From Nitrospirota bacterium (lineage in GTDB: Bacteria > Nitrospirota > UBA9217): a DNA stretch of 64,000 nt. Both the position numbers and the translations under genes were made by a program. Location of the stretch: NCBI GenBank assembly GCA_963751455.1, contig CAVVUN010000015.1:1-64000 (forward strand), written 5' to 3'. Below, piece by piece: positions 1 through 10,624 of the stretch; position 1 is the stretch's first letter, and each line of letters opens with the position of its first letter. The notes under the pieces are model-generated. The model did not search any database and had not been told where the DNA came from. It was given only the letters and a program-made list of their open reading frames with translations.

Positions 1-2
1 TG

Positions 3-542
3 CGCGACGAGAGCCTGCAGGAGGGCGGAGATAAGATCGACGTACCGCCGAAGTTCTTCATCGGCGCATCCTGGACGCCCATGGGAGATCCTATGGATTT
101 CCGTCCCTACAACCTCAAGAAGAAAGTGGACGCAGGGGCCGACTTCATCCAGACCCAGGGGATCTACGACGTGGAGCTCTTCAAGTCGCAAATGGAAAAG
201 GCGCGCAATCTCGGCATCCATGAACGGACCGCCATCCTCGGCGGCATCATCGTACCCCGGAGCGCCATGATGCTCAAGTACATGGATGCGTCGGTCGCCG
301 GCGTCACCGTCCCGAAAGCGTTGATCGACCGCATGAACAAGGCGAAAGAGGCCGCTGGCGACGACAAGAAGAAGATGCGCGAGCTGCAGGAGGCAGAAGG
401 CCTGAAGATCACTGTTGAGCTTATTCACCAGATCCTCGAGATACCCGGCGTCAAGGGTGTGCATATCCAGGCCATCGAGTGGGAAAGCGCCATGGAGGGG
501 ATCGTCAAGGCGGCCGGTCTTTATCCGCGGCCGCAGTTCTAG
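3..542 (+). CDS. metF: Methylenetetrahydrofolate reductase, 5'-truncated by the window edge
   Basis: Frame is open from base 3. Motifs KKVDAGADFIQTQ, ILGGIIVP and GVKGVHI; lies next to the acs cluster. Confidence 0.85.
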   Translation, partial: RDESLQEGGDKIDVPPKFFIGASWTPMGDPMDFRPYNLKKKVDAGADFIQTQGIYDVELFKSQMEKARNLGIHERTAILGGIIVPRSAMMLKYMDASVAGVTVPKALIDRMNKAKEAAGDDKKKMRELQEAEGLKITVELIHQILEIPGVKGVHIQAIEWESAMEGIVKAAGLYPRPQF

Positions 543-632
543 GAAGTGCGGAGCGGTGAGTTCGGAACACCCTGCTCTGGCGAAAGCGCGAGTGAACAAA
601 TCCTATAATCCGAAGGCTGACAAATAGAAATC

Positions 633-1429
633 ATGCCGAAAATCACCATACTTGATATCGCGAAAAAAAAGGCCGAGGGCAGAAAGATCACGGTCCTCAC
701 GGCCTACGATTTTCCCACGGCCCAGATCGTGGACCAAGCCGGGATCGACATAGCGCTCGTCGGCGATTCCCTCGCCATGGTAGTGCAGGGCATCTCGAGC
801 ACCCTGCCCGTGACCATGGACGAGATGATCTACCACACGAAGATGGTCTCGCGTGAAGACCAGCCTCCGTGTCGTGGTGATATGCCGTTCCTTTCGTATC
901 AGGCTGACAGGGCTGAGGCGGTCCGGAACGCTGGCCGATTCCTGAAAGAAGCGGGAGCGGAAGCGGTCAAGCTCGAAGGCGGCGTAGCCGTGGCAGAGAC
1001 CATCAGGGCAATCGTCGCGGCGGGCATGCCGGTGATGGGACATATCGGGCTGACGCCCCAGTATGTTCATGCGTTCGAGCGGTCATAAAGTGCAGGGCAA
1101 GGACGAGGCGGCACGGGAAAAGATACTCGCTGACGCGCGGGCGGTACAGGAGGCCGGGGCCTTTGCGGTGGTGCTCGAAGCGATTCCCGCCTCACTTGCC
1201 AGGGAGATCGGAGAGATTCTGTCGATCCCTACGATCGGCATCGGCGCAGGACCTGACTGCGACGGGCAGGTGCTCGTGCTCCATGACCTTCTCGGACTTT
1301 CGACCGGTTCACTCCGAAATTCGTGAAACGGTACGCTGATCTAAAGGACGAGGCGCTTCGGCGATGAAGGAATATAAGCAGGAAGTCGAGACCGGGACTT
1401 TCCCATCGGAAGAACAGAGCTTCAAATAG
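633..1429 (+). CDS. panB: 3-methyl-2-oxobutanoate hydroxymethyltransferase, frameshifted in this sequence
   Basis: Motifs [28 protein letters not shown] and [16 protein letters not shown] are spread over ORFs 633..1088 and 1063..1326. The tail [13 protein letters not shown] ends at TAG 1427-1429. Confidence 0.9.
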
Positions 1430-1560
1430 CAAAGTTTGATGATCAGTCGTAAGTAACACTTCGATCTGCAGCACAATGTAAGCAGTTGTTTTTAATGATG
1501 AGATTTATAAGTTAATTAAATAATTACGAGTAAAAGGGTTGTTAAATCAATGATTTTTTC

Positions 1561-1590
1561 TTGACTCGTGAGTTCTGCGATGGCTATAAT
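1561..1590 (+). promoter_or_regulatory. Sigma70-type promoter upstream of thyX
   Basis: TTGACT-N18-TATAAT in an AT-rich spacer. Confidence 0.5.
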
Positions 1591-1655
1591 ACACTATTTT
1601 ATAATTTGATGTATACGCTCTTTTCGCGATGAGGCGAAAGCCGAGGGAGGGAACG

Positions 1656-2381
1656 ATGCCTGAAGCGGCATTGAAAGTTGTGCTCCTCCGGCACACGCCG
1701 GAACCGGAAGAGGTCGTGGCCATGGCCGCGAAGCTCTGCTACAGCCCGTCGGGTGTGGAGGAGCTGAGGGAGAAGATCGAGGCCAAGGACCAGGCGGCGT
1801 TTGTGGAAAAGCTGGCGTCCATCGGCCATCTTTCCCCCATCGAGCATGTGACCTTCACGTTCGGCGTTGAAGGGATATCGCGGGCTTGCTCTCATCAGCT
1901 CGTCCGGCACCGGCTGGCATCGTATTCTCAGCAAAGCCAGCGATACGTAAAGGCGGAGCAGTTCGATTACATTATGCCGCCGAGCATCAAGCAGGACCCG
2001 CGCTTGCCCGCGAGTTCGAACAGTGCATGGCCGAGGCCCAGGCGAATTATACCAGGGTGCTGAAGCGGCTCGAGGAACTTGGGTTACAAAGGGGAGTCAG
2101 GACAGCAGGATGCCCGGTATCTCCTGCCGAACGCGGCGGAGACCAAGATCGTCATGACCATGAATGCCCGGGAGCTTCTGCATTTTTTCCGGGTGCGCTG
2201 CTGCAACCGGGCGCAGTGGGAGATCCGGGAGATGGCGGAGCGGATGCTCGGCACTCGTCAAAGACAGTCGCGCCGACGATCTTCGCGCAAGTCCGGCCCC
2301 GGCTGTCTATATGCGGCCTGCCCCGAAGGCAAGATGACCTGCGGGAAGATCGAAGAAGTCCGGAAGAAATACGGAGTGTAA
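1656..2381 (+). CDS. thyX: FAD-dependent thymidylate synthase, frameshifted
   Basis: [39 protein letters not shown] and RAQWEIR occur across two or three frames. Confidence 0.92.
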
Positions 2382-2503
2382 AAAAATAAGGTTCAAATTT
2401 CAAGTAGCATCAGAGAGCACGGAGATTAAAGCCTTCAGGTCGTTAGTGATTGTTTTTTCATTTGTGTTTGGCCTCCGTAGCTGAGATTTGGTTTTGAGGT
2501 ACC

Positions 2504-3277
2504 ATGGGTTTTTCAATAGCAGTTGCAGGCAAGGGCGGCACGGGCAAGACCAGCCTCTGCGGCCTTACCATACGATATTTGACGGAAAAGAAGCGCGGTG
2601 CGGTGCTCGCCGTTGATGCGGACGCGAACGCGAACCTGAACGACGTGCTCGGCGTGAAGGTCCATGCCACGGTCGGGAAGCTTCGGGAGACGTCGCTCGA
2701 AGCGGTCAAGTCCACGGCCCCCCGGCCGGGCGGCATGAGCATGGAGCAGCTCTTCGACTACCAGATCCAGCAGGCGATCATCGAGGCGAAGGGCTTCGAC
2801 CTCCTCGTGATGGGCAGGCCCGAAGGGGCCGGCTGCTACTGCGCGGCGAACAACATCATCCGCAAGTACATGGACAAGCTGGCCGACAACTATCCCTACA
2901 CGGTGATGGACAACGAGGCCGGCCTGGAGCACCTGTCCCGCCGGACCACCCAGGACACGGACCTGCTGCTCATCATCAGCGACTCTTCGGTGCGCGGCGT
3001 CATGACCGCGGGCCGCATCGGCGAACTGGTAAAAGAGCTGAACCTGAACGTCAAGCGCGTCGGTCCTGATCGTGAACCGGGTGCAGGACGGTACGAGCCA
3101 GGACCCGTCGCTCCTCCATGCGATCGAACAGCAGGGTGTCGAGTTCGCGGGCTTTGTGCCTGCGGACGAGTTGATCTTTGAATATGATCTGAACGGCAAG
3201 CCCCTGGTCCAGCTCCCGCTGATTCAAAGGCGCTCACCGAGCATATTTCGCGTATTCTGGACAAACTGATACCGTAA
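2504..3277 (+). CDS. cooC: CooC/AcsF nickel-insertion ATPase for CODH/ACS maturation, frameshifted near the 3' end
   Basis: GKGGTGKT, VDAD, GCYC and DNEAGLEHLSR motifs. The C-terminus continues in ORF 3072..3269. Confidence 0.88.
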
Positions 3278-3283
3278 ATGTCC

Positions 3284-4167
3284 ATGAACACGAAAGACCG
3301 TCGCCATTATCGGTGCAGGCCGTGTCGGCAGTTCGGTAGGGTTCCTGCTGAAGCGGGCCGGATATCCGATAACCGGGGTCGCGGCCCGGACGGAGAGAAT
3401 CGGCGCGCAACAGCCGCGGCCTTCATCGGAGCCGGCCAGGCGACGACCGACGTTGTCCGGGCGGCAGCACATGCGGACATCGTTTTCATCACCACGCCGG
3501 ACGGCGTCATCCAGACAGTCTGCGATACGATCGCGGCGGCAGGATCTTCAGGCCGGGTGCGCTCGTCATCCATATGTCGGGCGCGCATTCGCTGGGTCTG
3601 CTCGATGCAGCAAGCGCCGGAGCATGTCCGCGCGGTTCTGCATCCGCTGCAGTCGCTCGCAAGCAGGGAGCAGGGTATCAGGACGCTCCCCGGTTCCTAT
3701 TTCCGGGTCGAAGCGGACCCGGAGGCGCTCGAAACGGCCCGGAGAATCGTGAAGGCCCTGGGCGGCATCGAACTGGGCTGCCGAAGTGGAGTCCGACAAG
3801 GAGTCGGCCGCGCTGTACCATGCGGGCGCCGTGGCGGTTTCGAACTATTTCGTCGCACTGGTCGATTACGGGCTCAAGTTTTACGAGGCGCTGGGAGCGG
3901 ACAAAAAAGAAGCGCTCAAGGCAGTGCTTCCCCTGATCCGGGGAACGCTTCAGAATATCGAGAGTGCTCGGCATTCCGGACGCGCTGACCGGCCCGATCA
4001 TGCGGGGCGATGCGCAGACGGTGCGCGACCATCTGAGGCCATGCAGCAGCGGGCGCCGGAGCTGGTCCTCTATAGAGAACTGGGCCGCCGGACCGTTGCG
4101 GTCGCCCGGAAAAAGGAAGCATGATCCGTGGAAGCGGCGGAAGAGTTGCTGAAGCTGCATTGAGTAG
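3284..4167 (+). CDS. Rossmann-fold/DUF2520 protein, probable PanG-type ketopantoate reductase; multiple frameshifts, ends approximate
   Basis: Reassembled motifs: IIGAGRVG, ADIVFITTPD, HMSGA, LHPLQS, YHAGAVAVSNY and ALTGPIMRGD. Confidence 0.75.
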
Positions 4168-4276
4168 CACGGACAAGACCGGTGCACTATCGCGGTCATC
4201 GCTGTTCGAGTCTTCGGTGACAACATGCGCTGTGACAATGATTCATACAAGATAGTACGAAAGGAGATCACAGAGG

Positions 4277-5066
4277 ATGATTATTATTGGAGAGAAGATC
4301 AGTGTCATGATGAAGAAGGTGCGGGAGGCGCTCCAGAAGCGCGACCCCAAGCCGATCCAGGAGCTTGCCGTGGCGCAGGCCAACGCGGGGGCTCACTATA
4401 TCGACGTATCGATCGGCCCTGCCGAGGATGACGGTCCGCAGCTCATGGACTGGGCAGTTAAGGTCGTGCACGAGGTGGTGCAGAAGCCGCTCTGTCTGGA
4501 CACGACCAACGTGAAGGCCATGGAAGCCGGCATCAAGGCGCACAACAACACCTGGGGCCTTCCGATCATCAACTCCACTTCCAACGAGCCGGAGCGGTTC
4601 CCGATGATGGAGCTTGCAGGCAAGTACGGAACGAAGATCGTCGCGCTTACGCTCGGGCAAGGGCGGCCTTCCGGCCGATGCCGAGGACCGCTGCGTCATC
4701 GCGTCGGAGATCATGGCGCGCGGCATGGAGTACGGCGTGTCGATGGAGAACATCTTCCTCGATCCGCTCATTCTGCAGATCGCGACCATGCAGGACCAGG
4801 GCAGGCAGGCGATCCGCGCGGTCAGGATGTTCAAGGACCTGAACGATCCGCCGATGAACACCGTGGTGGGACTTTCGAACATCTCGAACGGCGCGCCGAA
4901 GACACGTGCGGCCGATCATCAACCGGAACTCCTGGCCTTGCTCATGTATGAAGGGCTCACGTCGGCCATCATCGATCCGCTCGACAAGGACATGATGGAC
5001 ACGGTCAAGACCACCGAGATGATCATGGGCAAGACCATGTATGCGCATTCCTATCTGGATATGTAA
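4277..5066 (+). CDS. acsE: Methyltetrahydrofolate:corrinoid Fe-S protein methyltransferase, frameshifted
   Basis: Pterin-binding fold motifs MIIIGEKI, PLCLDT, IINST, IFLDPL, VGLSNIS and SAIIDPLD; located in the acs cluster. Confidence 0.9.
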
Positions 5067-5156
5067 CGACGTAAGCAGGATCGCGTGTCGACGAAACTGC
5101 AGTTTAAACAGTTGCGATTTACAACATACAATGTTTTCTATTGACTTGACAGTAAT

Positions 5157-5175
5157 TTGTTACTATGGGTAACAA
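5157..5175. promoter_or_regulatory. Perfect palindromic operator candidate TTGTTAC-N5-GTAACAA before acsD
   Basis: Inverted repeat seen directly between TTGAC(T/A) hexamers (5141-5151) and the GAGGAGG RBS. Confidence 0.5.
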
Positions 5176-5192
5176 TTTTGAGGAGGTTTCTC

Positions 5193-6138
5193 ATGGCACT
5201 GACAATTCCGAAAGAGTCTTACAGCGGTAAAATTTATCAACGTTCAGCTTGGATCCGGCGCAAAGGCAGTGACCATCGGCGGAGCGAGCGCACTTCCGTT
5301 TCTCGCATTTGAAGGTACGTTTCCGAACAAGCCTGCCGTGGCGCTTGAGATCATGGACATCGCAGCCGAGCGACTGGCCCGAGACCTTGAAAAAAGCAGT
5401 CGGCGGCGCATCCGCAAACCCCGTGCAGTGGGCAAAGTTCTGCCAGCAGAACGGCGCTGACGTGGTTGCGCTCAGGCTTATGGGCACACATCCCGACCAG
5501 CAGAACAAGAGCGCTGAAGAAGCGGCCAAGATCGCAGCCGAGGTTGCGGCGGCCATCGACATCCCGCTTCATCATTCTCGGCAGCGGCCACGTGGAAAAG
5601 GACGGCCAGGTGCTCCAGGCAGCGGCGGCGAGCAACGCGCGGCAAGAACTGTGCGATCGGTAAGGCCGTGGAAGAGAATTACAAGACCATTGCCGCCGCA
5701 GCGATGGCGAACGACCACAAATTGATCGCCATGAGCCAGCTCGATGTGAACCTGGCGAAGCAGCTCAACATCCTGCTTACCCAGATGGGCTTTGACAAGG
5801 AACGGATCATCATGGACCCGATGTCCTCGGCCCTGGGATACGGCCTTGAATATACCTACAGCGTGATGGAACGCATCCGGCTGGCCGCGCTTCTGCAGAA
5901 CGATCCCATGATGCAGACGCCCGTTGTGTGCGACATCGGCGCGAACGTCTGGAAGGTGAAGGAGACAATGGCTGCCGACGCGGAAGTTCCGGAATGGGGC
6001 GGTCTGGAGGACCGGGCCCTGGCATGGGAAGCGGTGACCGCCTCGGCCATGATCACGGCCGGCGCGGACATGCTGATCATGCGGCATCCCGGCGCGGCTG
6101 CAAAGGCCAAGGAAATGATTGCTGAATTGATGGGGTAG
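5193..6138 (+). CDS. acsD: Corrinoid Fe-S protein small subunit (delta), frameshifted
   Basis: MALTIPKESYSGKI, TIGGASALPFLAFEG, DVNLAKQLNILL, DP..SALGYGLEYTYSVMERIRLAAL and GADMLIMRHP. Confidence 0.92.
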
Positions 6139-6155
6139 CCTGCCAGGATTGCAGG

Positions 6156-6199
6156 AATTGAAAATTTTCAAAATGAAAAATAAATTTTAATTTTCAATT
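6156..6199. repeat. AT-rich inverted repeat between acsD and acsC
   Basis: AATTGAAAATT (6156-6166) pairs with AATTTTCAATT (6189-6199). Confidence 0.55.
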
Positions 6200-6219
6200 T
6201 TCGATAAAAGGAGCTCACT

Positions 6220-7563
6220 ATGGCACTCTCAGGTGTTGAAATATTCAAACATCTTCCGAAGACAAACTGCAAGAAGTGCGGGCATCCCACATGCCTCGCC
6301 TTTGCCATGAAGCTGGCCGCGAAGCAGGCAAGCCTCGATGCCTGCCCGGACGCGTCCGAGGACGCAAAGAAATTGCTGGGCGAGGCTGCTGCACCGCCGA
6401 TCCGCGGCATCGTTCTGGGCACCGGCGCCAAGGCCGTGAAGGTCGGCGAAGAGATCTGCATGTTCCGTCATGAAAAGAAATTCTTCAACCCGAACGTGTT
6501 CGCCGTCGCGATCAAGGCTTCCGAAGCCGGCGATGCGGCTGCAAAGAAAATCGAGACAGTTAAGAACTCCGAGATCGACCGCGTAGGCCAGAAGCTCCGT
6601 GTCGACGCCATTGCGGTAACCGACGAAGGCGGCGATGCTGCAAAATTTGCGTCTGTCGTAAAACAGGTCGTGGACGGAGCGCCCGGGCGTACCGATCATT
6701 CTCGTGAGCAAGGATCCCCGCGACGATCGAAGCGGGCATCGCGCATTGCGCCGCGCAAGAAGCCGCTCATCTACGCCGCCACGGCCGAGAACGCCGAAGC
6801 CATGGCAAAGATCGCCAAGGAGAAGAAAGCCTCCCTGGCCGTTGCAGCCGATGGCCTTGACGCGCTTTCCGCGCTTTCCGAGAAGGTCAAGGCGCTCGGC
6901 GTGGACGACCTGGTCCTCGATTCAGGGGCCCGCAAGGCAAAGGACATGATCGAGCATTTTACGATCATGCGCCGTGCGGCAATCAAAAAGAACGTCAAGT
7001 CCGTTGGTTATCCTATCATCACGTTTGCCGGCCGCGAAAACAGCCTGGCGGAGGCCATGGTGGCGGCCGTCGGCACAATGAAATACGCCTCCATCGTCGT
7101 CCTGAACAACGTCGAGAAATGGAAGATGCTTGCGCTTCTTTCGCTGAGGCAGAACATCTACACCGACCCGCAGGTGCCGATGCAGGTTGCGCAGAATGTC
7201 TACAAGGTCGGCGACGCAAAGGAAAATTCGCCGCTCATGATCACCACGAATTTCTCGCTCTCCTACTTCATCGTCCGGGGCGAGGTCGAGAACAGCAAGG
7301 TTCCCGCCTGGCTTGCGGTCATGGACAACGAAGGGCTTTCCGTACTGACAGCATGGGCTGCGGGCAAATTCACTGCAAGCAAGATCGCGCAGTTTGTCAC
7401 TGACAGCGGCGTGGAAAAGAGCATCGGCCACAAGGAGCTTATAATTCCCGGGTATGTCGCCATTCTTTCCGGAGCTCTGGAAGAGAAGCTGCCGGGCTGG
7501 AAGATCACGGTTGGGCCGCGCGAAGCGAACCAGCTTCCGAGCTTCCTGAAGGCGAGGGCATAA
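6220..7563 (+). CDS. acsC: Corrinoid Fe-S protein large subunit (gamma)
   Basis: LPKTNCKKCGHPTCLAFA Fe-S motif, LRQNIYTDPQ, TTNFSLSY and GLSVLTAWAAGKF. A short compensated frameshift lies near 6690-6755. Confidence 0.95.
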   Translation: MALSGVEIFKHLPKTNCKKCGHPTCLAFAMKLAAKQASLDACPDASEDAKKLLGEAAAPPIRGIVLGTGAKAVKVGEEICMFRHEKKFFNPNVFAVAIKASEAGDAAAKKIETVKNSEIDRVGQKLRVDAIAVTDEGGDAAKFASVVKQVVDGAPGRTDHSREQGSPRRSKRASRIAPRKKPLIYAATAENAEAMAKIAKEKKASLAVAADGLDALSALSEKVKALGVDDLVLDSGARKAKDMIEHFTIMRRAAIKKNVKSVGYPIITFAGRENSLAEAMVAAVGTMKYASIVVLNNVEKWKMLALLSLRQNIYTDPQVPMQVAQNVYKVGDAKENSPLMITTNFSLSYFIVRGEVENSKVPAWLAVMDNEGLSVLTAWAAGKFTASKIAQFVTDSGVEKSIGHKELIIPGYVAILSGALEEKLPGWKITVGPREANQLPSFLKARA

Positions 7564-7571
7564 AAAAGTAT

Positions 7572-7648
7572 AACCGCAGAGACGCAGAGAGCGCAGGGTA
7601 AAAAACTCAGCGCTTCATCTTCTACGGTCTTCCGCGGTTTCCGCGGTA
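7572..7648. repeat. 9-nt-periodic palindromic intergenic element between acsC and acsB
   Basis: ACCGCAGAG-ACGCAGAGA-GCGCAGGG ... CTTCCGCGG-TTTCCGCGGT. Confidence 0.55.
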
Positions 7649-7673
7649 AAACAACGTAACAAAGGAGTTACCC

Positions 7674-9877
7674 ATGTCAAAAGTTATTGCGACCGGAGCC
7701 ATTTTGGGCTCACACTACTATCGTCAAGCAGGCAGAAGCGCTCGTTGAGAAGGCCATCAGCGAAAAAGGCGCGGATTTCAAGTTCGAGTTTCCGGACACG
7801 GCTTATTTTCTTCCGCAGATGTTCACCATGACCGGGTTCGAGGTGACGGACGCTCGGGGACATGAAGACCGCCATCGAGAAGAACGTAAAACCGCTCGTT
7901 ACGGACCCGCCGGAAGATAAACTGTACAAGCCGTATCTCGGAGAGGCGCTGGACGCCGGGATGGTGACGCTCTTTGCACAGGAAATGATCATGGCCATCC
8001 GGTACATCTACGGCCAGGAGCCGGTAAAGGATGACTCGATCGATTTGACCTACAATGGGTTCATCTCCGATACGATCCTTCGAAACCTCGGCGTGCAGCT
8101 GGTGGACGGCTCCATGCCCGGATATGTCTGCATCATCGGCGCAGCGGACAGCGATGAGCAGGCCTTCGAGATTGCCCGGGATCTTCAGCAGAAGAACATT
8201 CTCACCCTCATGTGCGGCAACGTCAACGGCGACAGCATGACCAAGCAGCTCCTTCGCAAAGGCGTGCAGCTCGGCTGGGACACCCGTCTCGTACCGCTCG
8301 GACCGGAAGTGGAGCACGCCATTTACGCCCTGAACTGGGCGGCCCGCGCAGGCATCACCTTCGGCGGCATGAAGGGCGGGGACTACAAGAAAATCCTCAA
8401 GTACTCCAAGGATAAAGTGTTCGCATTCGCGCTGGTGCTGGGACCGCTCAATGACCGGATCTGGACCACGGGCGCAGGCGCCATCAACATGGGCTTCCCG
8501 GCAATCGCAAACACCGACATCCCGACCGTGCATCCGACCGGTGTTACGATCTATGAAGAGGTCGAGAAAGAACTCGATCCCAAGAAGCTGGTGCAGCGGT
8601 GCTTCGAAGTGCGCGGGCTCAAGATCACGGTTTCGAAGCCGCCGATCCCGGTGGCCTTCGGCCCGGCATTCGAGGGCGAACGGATCCGCAAGGAAGACAT
8701 GCATATCGAGTTCGGCGGTCAGCGCACGCCTGCCTTCGAGTGGCTCCGCACTGCCGATCTCAATGATGTGGAAGACGGCAAAGTGATCATTGTCGGCAAG
8801 GACGCAGAGGCCAGGTACCAGAAGGGCGGCATGATGCCCCTGGGCATCCTGATCGAGGTCGCAGGCCGCAAGATGCAGAAGGACTTCGAACCGGTGCTCG
8901 AGCGCAAGATACACCACTTCGTGAACGAAGCGCAGGGCATCTGGCATATGGGCCAGCGCGACCAGAACTGGCTCCGGGTAAGCATCAACGCTATCAAGGA
9001 AGGCTTCGTCCTGAAGCATTTCGGCGATATCCTGACCACCCAGCTCAAGCATAAGTTCAACAACATCGTGGACAAGGTGCAGGTGACCTTGTACGTTGAT
9101 GACGCGGATGTCAAGGCCAAGCATGCAGAAGCGCAAAAGGCGTACCTCGAGCGCGACGTTCGCCTCGCCTCCATGACGGACGAGTCCGTGGACATCTTCT
9201 ACTCCTGCATCCTCTGCCAGAGCTTCGCGCCGAACCACGTTTGCATCGTATCGCCGGAGCGTCTCGGCCTCTGCGGGGCGTATAACTGGCTCGATGCCAA
9301 GGCAGCCTATGAGATCGACCCGAACGGCGCGAACCAGCCTGTCCTGAAGGGCGAGACCAAAGACGCAGTGAAGGGGCGTTGGGGCGGAGTTGACGATTAC
9401 GTATACAAGAACTCGCATCAGGCGCTCGAATACTTCAATGCCTACAGCATCATGGACGCGCCCATGACCTCCTGCGGATGCTTCGAATGTATCGTTGCCA
9501 TCGTACCCGAGGCGAACGGCGTCATGGTCGTGAATCGCGGCTACACCGGCATGACTCCTATCGGCATGAAGTTCTCGACCCTGGCCGGAACCGTGGGCGG
9601 CGGCGCGCAGTCGCCGGGCTTCATGGGTATCGGCCGGTACTTCCTTACAAGCAATAAGTTCCTCTCCGCCGAAGGCGGGTTCAAGCGCATTGTCTGGATG
9701 ACCAAGAATCTCAAGGAGTCCTTTGCCGAGCAGTTCAAGAAGCGGGCAGAGGCAGAAGGCATGCCGGACCTTATCGACAAGATCGCGGATGAGACTGTGG
9801 CCGAAGATTCGGAGAAGCTGGTGGCGTTCCTCACGGAAAAGGGCCATCCCGCGCTCACCATGGACTCGATGTTCTAA
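7674..9877 (+). CDS. acsB: Acetyl-CoA synthase (bacterial AcsB), frameshifted near the 5' end
   Basis: FPDTAYFLP, FGPAFEGERIR, FYSCILCQSFAPNHVC, GLCGA and PMTSCGCFEC (A-cluster ligands). ATG at 7674 follows AAGGAG. Confidence 0.95.
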
Positions 9878-9896
9878 AAGAACCGGGAAACCGGAA

Positions 9897-9992
9897 GGAG
9901 TAAGGCGTAAGGGGTTAGGGGTTAAAACCCAAAAAAGGGCAAGGTTCAAGAGCGTGGGGCGTGAGGAGAAATCATCTCCTTACGCCTCATGA
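9897..9992. repeat. 7-nt-periodic palindromic element after acsB
   Basis: GTAAGGC-GTAAGGG-GTTAGGG ... GGGGCGTGAGGAG aaatcat CTCCTTACGCCTC. Confidence 0.55.
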
Positions 9993-10012
9993 CTCTCGTC
10001 TGCCTGTCTCCC

Positions 10013-10048
10013 TGGCTGCCGCAATATCAATGATGGCGGCCTTTTTTT
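10013..10048 (+). terminator. Probable intrinsic terminator after acsB
   Basis: GGCTGCC...GGCGGCC stem followed by a T7 run. Confidence 0.5.
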
Positions 10049-10148
10049 GTCAACACAGCGTTTTTGAATGAAACCGAAGATTCCACGGGCTGTTAGGTTA
10101 AAGGGAAATCTTCGGTTCTGTCGTAAAGGATTCTTTTTAGAGGAAGAT

Positions 10149-10619
10149 ATGGAAGAAAAACTTGAAGGCATACTTACCCGGTACCGCGAGAACGAAGGCA
10201 ATGTGATCTCGATTCTTCAGGATATCGAAAATGAATTCGGGTATCTGCGTGAAGACGTGATCTACCGGATCTCCGAGCGGCTCGATGTGCCTCCCGCCAA
10301 GTTCTACGGCGTAGCCACTTTTTATGCGCAATTTCATCTCAAGCCCAAGGGCAAGAACGTGATTACCGCTTGCTGCGGTACAGCATGTCATGTAAAGGGT
10401 TCCGAGCGTCTTATCAACAGTCTGCTCAGAGAGCTTGACATCCCGAAGGGCGAGGATACCTCCGAAGACCTGAAGTTTACTGTGGAGAAAGTCAATTGCG
10501 TCGGCGCATGCAGCATCGCCCCTGTGATTATCGTAAACAAGAAGGTGCACGGCAAGATGACGCCGGATAAGCTGATGAAAGAGATCAAGACACTCAAGGC
10601 CGGAGAAGCCGGAAAGTAA
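10149..10619 (+). CDS. NuoE/HydC-like 2Fe-2S subunit of an NAD-linked formate dehydrogenase complex
   Basis: VATFYAQF, CCGTACHVKG and CVGACSIAP. Confidence 0.9.
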   Translation: MEEKLEGILTRYRENEGNVISILQDIENEFGYLREDVIYRISERLDVPPAKFYGVATFYAQFHLKPKGKNVITACCGTACHVKGSERLINSLLRELDIPKGEDTSEDLKFTVEKVNCVGACSIAPVIIVNKKVHGKMTPDKLMKEIKTLKAGEAGK

Positions 10620-10624
10620 ATATA

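Noticed and set aside
633-7900. Programmed ribosomal frameshifting or true pseudogenes in the acs cluster
   Set aside because: There are too many shifts, no shared slippery sites, intact motifs, and a position-dependent density. Sequencing error is more parsimonious.
7823-9949. 708-aa minus-strand ORF, and similar long antisense ORFs such as 10137..11039, 16979..17776, 41176..42030, 55748..56644 and 62832..63977
   Set aside because: They are shadows of well-supported genes on the opposite strand, caused by GC3-biased codon usage, and contain no recognisable motifs.
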